Shown here: positions 57,276-64,000 of the stretch, in pieces | How positions within the stretch are numbered: position 1 is the first letter of the stretch | How the letters are laid out: each line of letters begins with the position of its first letter | Assembly (NCBI RefSeq): GCF_000485595.1 | Contig: NW_014577072.1 | Coordinates: 555,413-619,412, forward strand | Reading direction: 5' to 3' | Origin: Priapulus caudatus | Taxonomy: Eukaryota | DNA: 64,000 nucleotides | The notes under the pieces: generated by a model | What the model was told of the DNA's origin: nothing | The model's input: only the letters and a program-made list of their open reading frames with translations | The model's database searches: none | Program-made: the position numbers and the translations under genes

Positions 57276-58622
57276 AGCAGCGTACTAGGCGCGATGTCAC
57301 ATACTGGTGAGATAATAGGACCGCCAGGGATTTACACAATATATTCTTTTGAGTTGATCAAATTTTCAACGCGAAAGCGTCTGCTGATGTAGGAAATGAA
57401 GAATACTTTACGAAAAAAATCCCAGCGGGACCCGTCAATAGAAATGCTAAGCTATGAAGATTCTGCGAACGCAGCCCAGCTTATTCAGCGTGTTTATGTC
57501 GCCAGCGTTTCGGCCGGGATTCGTGGCGTCATCGATCACGTGGTCGACCTTAGTAGCTGGAGGACGCGGGAGCGCTACAGACTGCCGCGCCGAATTCGGT
57601 GAAACGCGTAGTGCGTAGTGTCGATGCCACTCGTGTCGGTCTCCACACCGCCATCGACTTTCCATAAACGCACATAGATATACGCAGCTAGCCGTCGACA
57701 CCGTGCACGTAGATTGCTAGCTCAAGTTACCTCATAGACCATCGCTAGACTACGAAGTATACGCTATACTATACACGGGGCATCGGAGGCTATGGAAACT
57801 AGAGTTAGCGGATACGTTATACGCGCGCATGCGTCATATGCGTCACGCGCATGTTAAGCATGCGAAGTGCATGATTTACTAGGCAAGTGTTGGTAACGCT
57901 GAGCTGTGCTTTAGCGAGCCTAAAGTGTGGAGTCACGTGACGTTTTTCTCATCTTAATTGAACCAGATTTAATTACAAGTTATATAGACCCTTTATTATT
58001 TCTATTAAGTTGGCTTTTTTCTTAATTAACCCTGTTTAAATACAAATTATATTAACCTTTTCGTGCTCCGAGTACGCGTGCTTTATCCGAGCGGCTACGA
58101 TTCGATTCGCCCACTATCGCGTGTCTCACAGTTAATGTTTCACTCGGTGACTCGGCGTGTTTACTAACCACGCTGGCAGTGTTTATCCCGCGCTGCTCGT
58201 TACACCCATTACGTGCGTACACAGCTATTTATTCGTACCATGTTGTGACGCATTCAACATCTCCGGCGGCGGACTGGGGACAGCTGCCGCGCTGGCTCGC
58301 ACACCTGTCCCTATACTGGCAGGGCTGAGATGCCGATGACAGGGGAGATGCCTATGACACGAGCCAACTCATCGGCCCGAAGAAGAGGCCCTCCCACCGT
58401 AACACAGGGTTGTGGTGACGACCAGGCCATGCGCACTGGCCTCGCAGTCGTCCGCACAAGGTAGTGGAGGAGGAAGGGGGCGGGGTGGAGGATGAAGGGG
58501 CCATGACGTCACGCGATGTATGGATCTACCCCTGAGGGTATTACGCGGATGTCAATGTTCGCCGTGTATTGTCGCTATTGCTATTACGCGAAGAGAACGC
58601 CAGCGCCACCGTCAACATATTA

Positions 58623-58698
58623 TCAGGGGTTAATAATGACACATTTTGTCATTATAATTTGAGAAATAATGACAAAATTTGTCATTATTAACCCCTGG
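58623..58698. mobile_element. 76-bp miniature TIR element, Tc1/mariner-like
   Basis: CAGGGGTTAATAATGACA...TGTCATTATTAACCCCTG (18-bp perfect inverted repeat). TA at 58621-22 and 58699-700 is a candidate TSD. Confidence 0.6.
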
Positions 58699-58779
58699 TA
58701 TTATGAAGTTCCACGCTGGGGTCTTCTTACGGTAACGCATTCATCTATAAACACTATAAGGACTATGGAAATGGAGTAA

Positions 58780-59191
<412 letters not shown>

Positions 59192-59992
59192 ATTTTATTA
59201 TCAAGAGTATATAATCTATGATATGTTTCTGTGCTAGTACATGTTCCTTGCTATTATACGTACTATCGAGCTTGGTTTTACACATACGCGCGCGTGCGTG
59301 TGCATGCGCGTGCGTGCATCTTACGCGCGTGTGAGTATGTGTATCTGTTTATGAATGTCGAAGTTACGCACCCGACCGATAAGTAATTTGCAATATCATA
59401 ATTGCGCGTGTGCTTTGTAGCACTGCCTCAGCATGACGCGTCATTACAGAGTCGATTATATGTGCCATGCAGTAATCGCCCAAATGAACACCAACTAAGA
59501 TCGCCTATGCGTAGACATCACACAGCTTAACATTCGTCGCGTAACCAATAGACCATGCATGAATTGAACAAATTGCGATACGCGGGCGCGTGATTTTTCA
59601 GGGGCAAAAAGATCACGCAATTCGTTGTAGCATAAAAAAATGTACCCGATGTATAGGATAATGGACCCGATGTTTCGACTCATCGTGTCATGAGTGAGAC
59701 AGAAGCTAATGCGAGCTGTGCAGTAGCCTGCAACAGAGGGCATAGGTTAATATATCCATGATGATGCATTACGACAACCAACTCGAAGCGTCGATCAATG
59801 CTAGCGGCCAGGCCAGGACGTGGCATACAGCGATACTGTCTCATTTAGCTACATCTGGCACTATCCTCTACACTCGTGGTTAAGGAAGTCTGAGACAGAT
59901 TGAGGCAGGTCAAGGCAGATAAATATATCTCGGCTGCTACTGGTCGTAGATTGTTAGGGCGAACCAGGTGTGTATGTATCGACCCTCAAGCA

Positions 59993-60616
59993 ACGTTGAG
60001 ACAGGTTGAGACAAGATGACGCGGGTTAAAGCGGGTTGAGACAGGCTGAGGCGGATTAAGACAAGTTGAGGCTGGATGAGACAGGTTGATGTGGGTTGAC
60101 GCGCGGGTCAAGACAATTCGGTGCGGGTTGAAGTGAGTTAAGGCGGGTTAAAGCAGGTCGAAGCGGGTTGAAGTGAGTTAAGGCGGGTTAAGGCGGGTTA
60201 AGGCGGGTTAAGGCGGGTTGAGGCGTGTTGAGACAGGATGAGGCGGTTGAGACAGGATTGTGCGGGTTAGAGCGGGTTGAAACAGGATGAGGCAGGTTAA
60301 GACAGGTTGAAGCGGGATGAGGCAGGTTAAGGCGGGTTGAGACAGGTTGAGGCAGTTGAGACAGGATTGCGCGGGTTAAAGCGGGTTGAGACAGGATGAG
60401 GCAGGTTAAGACAGGTTGAAGCGGGATGAGGCAGGTTAAGGCGGGTTGAGACAGGTTGAGGCAGTTGAGACAGGATTGCGCGGGTTAAAGCGGGTTGAAG
60501 CGGGATGAGGCAGGTTAAGACAGGTTGAAGCGGGATGAGGCAGGTTAAGACAGGTTGAAGCGGGATGAGGCAGGTTAAGACAGGTTGAAGCGGGATGAGG
60601 CAGGTTAAGGCGGGGT
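59993..60616. repeat. G-rich 10-bp-period satellite with higher-order units, running into a 321-N gap
   Basis: Monomers GGCGGGTTAA, GACAGGTTGA, GGCAGGTTAA and AGCGGGATGA; 30-bp higher-order unit repeated at ~60490-60610. Confidence 0.95.
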
Positions 60617-60938
60617 NNNNNNNNNNNNNNNNNNNNNNNNNNNNNNNNNNNNNNNNNNNNNNNNNNNNNNNNNNNNNNNNNNNNNNNNNNNNNNNNNNNN
60701 NNNNNNNNNNNNNNNNNNNNNNNNNNNNNNNNNNNNNNNNNNNNNNNNNNNNNNNNNNNNNNNNNNNNNNNNNNNNNNNNNNNNNNNNNNNNNNNNNNNN
60801 NNNNNNNNNNNNNNNNNNNNNNNNNNNNNNNNNNNNNNNNNNNNNNNNNNNNNNNNNNNNNNNNNNNNNNNNNNNNNNNNNNNNNNNNNNNNNNNNNNNN
60901 NNNNNNNNNNNNNNNNNNNNNNNNNNNNNNNNNNNNNG

Positions 60939-60997
<59 letters not shown>

Positions 60998-62519
60998 CAG
61001 AGAGGGGAGGGGAAAGAAAAAAGGATTGTTACGTTATGTCTATAAGCTTCATAATCTGTGTAATGTAATAAAGAGTGTGTACATGCGTGCGAGTAAGCAT
61101 TCATGCAAGTGGCCTTATGCGTGCGCCCACGCGCTTGCGCGAGCGTGTGTAGGTGTGCGCGCGCGTCTGTGTGCGTTTGCGTGCATGTGGTTGTAGACGT
61201 GGTCGTGCAAATACGTCACGCATACGTTATGTCGATAAGCTATATATCGCATTTCAGCGATAGAATTTTCTTATAATTTCCCCCGAGGTAAGTTTTGCAG
61301 CGGCGCACTAGGCGGTGGCTCTGGTTTCAGCAAACGGACCCAATAGGCTTAGTCTTCGCACGCGCATGCGCGAGCGTCCAATAACTCGTTCTGAATCGTT
61401 TGAATTGTTTAAAATTACAAATGACGATACAGCGTTCGGCAAATGTCGACCATTAACGTTTATACGATAAATTCGCAATGCACGCCAAGGGGGACAACGC
61501 ATTACTTCGTCCGATTTCGATTGCAAGTAACAAGCGGTTGTAAGACGACGCTCGTCGTTTCACGACAAAAAAATACGTACCCACCTTGATTGAAATCTAC
61601 ATTCGACATTCCTCCGTTACGCGATCGCGCTGCCTAATCGCGGGAGAGATTCGGAATGAACTATTCAGTGCGGTATACGTCGTCCTCTATAGTCGAACTG
61701 TAGACGTATGCACGTGCGTGCATGCGTGTGGGATACTGCTTGTTTTTTAATGCGTTCGCTGAGGATCGGCCCGGAGCGCTAGAGTGTCCATCTATTTAAT
61801 TTTTTGTGTGCGGTCTAAGTGAGAAAGGGCAATCTACTCGAAAAAAAGTTCACGGCATGAATTTTTCATTCGTTATGATATCACCTGATGCGATTATTCG
61901 CGTGGCAGTATCGAAGCAGCACCAACGCGACCAACGACTCTCCGTAACTACTTCTACGTCCTTGCTAGAAATCGCCGCCATTTCCGCAGAGAGAAGGTTA
62001 GAAAATCGGGCAGAAATCTACAAAGGAACGTGCCAATATTCTAAATTATTTCGCCCCTGCAGCGGCGGTTCGGTGGCAGCCTGAGTTAAGGCACTTAGTT
62101 TTTGCCGTGTGTTTTGTGCCTTCTTGAGCGAAATTGCCGGTGACGTTTAGTGCAAGACTATGCGGCCGTGAGTCATTCTCGATCACGTATACCTGGCTCG
62201 AAACAGCTGGAAGCGAACAAAACGAATTTATCAAGCATACGTGCGCCAGTGATATCGCAGCAGCTCCATCTCGTTTACTTAGTGTATCCAGTGGCCACTT
62301 ACGAGATTCAATCGCTGTCTCCGGGCGCGTGCTGCGCGTTTCTAATCATAACACCATAATGCAGACGAGGCTACTGCTTTCCCATTCCATAAATATTGAT
62401 AGAAGCTCATTCAAGTGACCGAACACCTGTGTGCCGTCACGATTCGTGCCGAAACAAGCCGGCCATTTAAGCGTGCACTCTTCTAGCGCGTCGTGGTTGC
62501 AATAACGAAGGACGGACGG

Positions 62520-62685
62520 ATAGGTGGATGCAGCGCGCGATAAGGGTAGCAATCATAGAAATATATAGAGACACCTATATCAGAAGTAGATAAGAGAGAT
62601 AGGATCTCCTATTATCTACTCTTGACCTATATATATATGTCTACCTATATTATTTCTATGGCGGCAACCCTTATCCGCCGCCTAT
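62520..62685. mobile_element. Imperfect fold-back element (nested inverted repeats)
   Basis: GATAAGGGT/ACCCTTATC, CATAGAAAT/ATTTCTATG, AGTAGATAA/TTATCTACT and GAGAT/ATCTC are nested symmetrically. No clear TSD. Confidence 0.55.
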
Positions 62686-62766
62686 GTAGACTAGGAACAC
62701 CGGCGCGCGCTCACACGCGCGTTTCCACCATAAATCTTTTGTAGATTCCTAGAAATTAGATGTTAA

Positions 62767-62805
62767 CAAGAGCTAATAATACCTATTAGGTATTATTAGC
62801 TCTTG
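62767..62805. repeat. Perfect 39-bp palindrome
   Basis: CAAGAGCTAATAATACCTA-T-TAGGTATTATTAGCTCTTG. Confidence 0.93.
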
Positions 62806-62967
62806 ATGTTACGTATTATAGTACAAACTGCGGCGTGCTAAATCAACGACAACCCGCCTTGCTGTCGGCAGACAGTAGTATTCGTTTTTTAGTTGGCTCA
62901 CCGATACTCGAACAAGAGGCGCGAGTAACACTAAAACCCGACTAGATACGGATAGCTTACCATGGTA

Positions 62968-63142
62968 AAGAGAGAAAAACGAGTGAGAGAGGTAGAGAAA
63001 CAGAGAGCGGGAGAGAGAGAGAGCGCGGGCAAGAGAGAGAGAGAGGAACAGCAGGAGAGAGAAAGAGAGCAATTAGGTAGAAAAAGAGCGACAGAAAGAG
63101 AGAGAGCAAGGGAGAAAAAGTGAGACAGAACGAGGGAGAGAT

Positions 63143-63188
<46 letters not shown>

Positions 63189-63445
63189 AAAGAGGGATCG
63201 GAAGAGAAAAAGGGATGGGGCGAGGGGGGTAGAGCGCGCAAGCGATCGAGAAAACGATAGGTGAGCAGAAAGAAACAGAATAAGAGAGCGGGAGAGAGAT
63301 GACGAGAGAAAAGGATAGGGAGAGATTGGGGAAGATCAAAGCAGACAGTGAGAGCAGCTAGGTGGATCAGGGAAGAAAGAGAGAAAGGCGCAAAAAGAGA
63401 AAGATAGATAGAGAGGGTGAGCGGAGAAAAGGGGACGAGAAAGTA
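62968..63445. repeat. GA-rich polypurine tract
   Basis: Seen directly. Confidence 0.9.
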
Positions 63446-63554
63446 TGAACAATAAAATGTGGAACAGGGGACCCAACGCAGTAGCTGGTGATTAACGAAT
63501 CTTGATTACCCCTCAATAGGTATCACGATTCCCACGGTCTTCTTCTATCGTCGT

Positions 63555-64000
63555 TGCCGCTACACGTTAAGTCGTTTAGTATAAGTCGGTGTAGGAATTA
63601 TCTAGAGATGTTTTTCAGGGGTATTATCGGAGTCTTCCAGTTGTCAAGATATACTGCGCTGCATTGCGCCTGTGGGCTGTCATCTTCCATATCTGATGTT
63701 GCATGATCTGTCTTATCAAAGTTAATTCCTATATAGGTGCATGTCTGGCTCGGCGTGTTATAGCCTTCCTCTGGGAACACCTCGCATGTCAGTGTACACA
63801 TTTAGAGCCTGCAGAAACGCGGAAAGCGCGCATCAAGTATACTCGGAATGTGTAGGCGCGCAGGATATAAAACACATCGAGTAGATATCCGGATGAATCT
63901 AACCGCTGATGATTTTACACGAAAGCACCGATAGGTGCATTCATACACGTGTGCAGTACCGCATAATATTCCCCATAGAGCGCTGTATTTTTGCAAAATC
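63555..64000 (-). mobile_element. Probable decayed reverse transcriptase fragment of a DIRS-order (Ngaro-like) retrotransposon
   Basis: Across frameshifts and stops, the minus strand gives in order: YLLDVFYIL (63887-63861), LSAFLQ...DMRGVP, PSQTCTYIGINFD (63753-63715) and SR*FLHRLILNDLTC (~63606-63562). Recognised by eye only. Confidence 0.45.

Noticed and set aside
57880..57922. AGGCAAGTGTTGG resembling miR-31
   Set aside because: The seed differs and there is no complementary star arm.
62064..62100. tRNA/SINE A-box-like sequence
   Set aside because: Degenerate, with no B box or cloverleaf.

Overview
Animal-type eukaryotic genomic DNA, almost entirely non-coding. CpG is abundant and (CA)n/(GA)n/(ATCT)n microsatellites are dense, which suggests an invertebrate bilaterian; the species cannot be determined from sequence alone. 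None of the ORFs in the supplied track looks like an intact gene. The best gene evidence is an 85-nt segment too short for the track (37063-37147, +): a good ATG context, a signal-peptide-like sequence and a consensus phase-1 donor CAG|GTGAGT. It suggests the first coding exon of a secreted or cell-surface protein gene, with a possible promoter at about 35.5-36.1 kb and a first intron that may run past the window end. Other plausibly real elements are a Harbinger-like MITE, several fold-back/palindromic elements, mini- and satellite arrays (10, 18, 28, 29, 40, ~41 bp units), a 40-bp array carrying one CTCF-like core per unit, and a probable decayed DIRS/Ngaro-type reverse transcriptase fragment at the right edge. 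Much of the window appears to be assembly artefact. About 18.7-26.1 kb and 49.2-55.6 kb look like uncorrected long-read gap fills duplicating 27.3-33.8 kb and 59.2-60.6 kb, two perfect tandem arrays look like assembler loops, and at least one contig looks misplaced. I found no CRISPR array, tRNA or rRNA, and no convincing novel multi-gene system.
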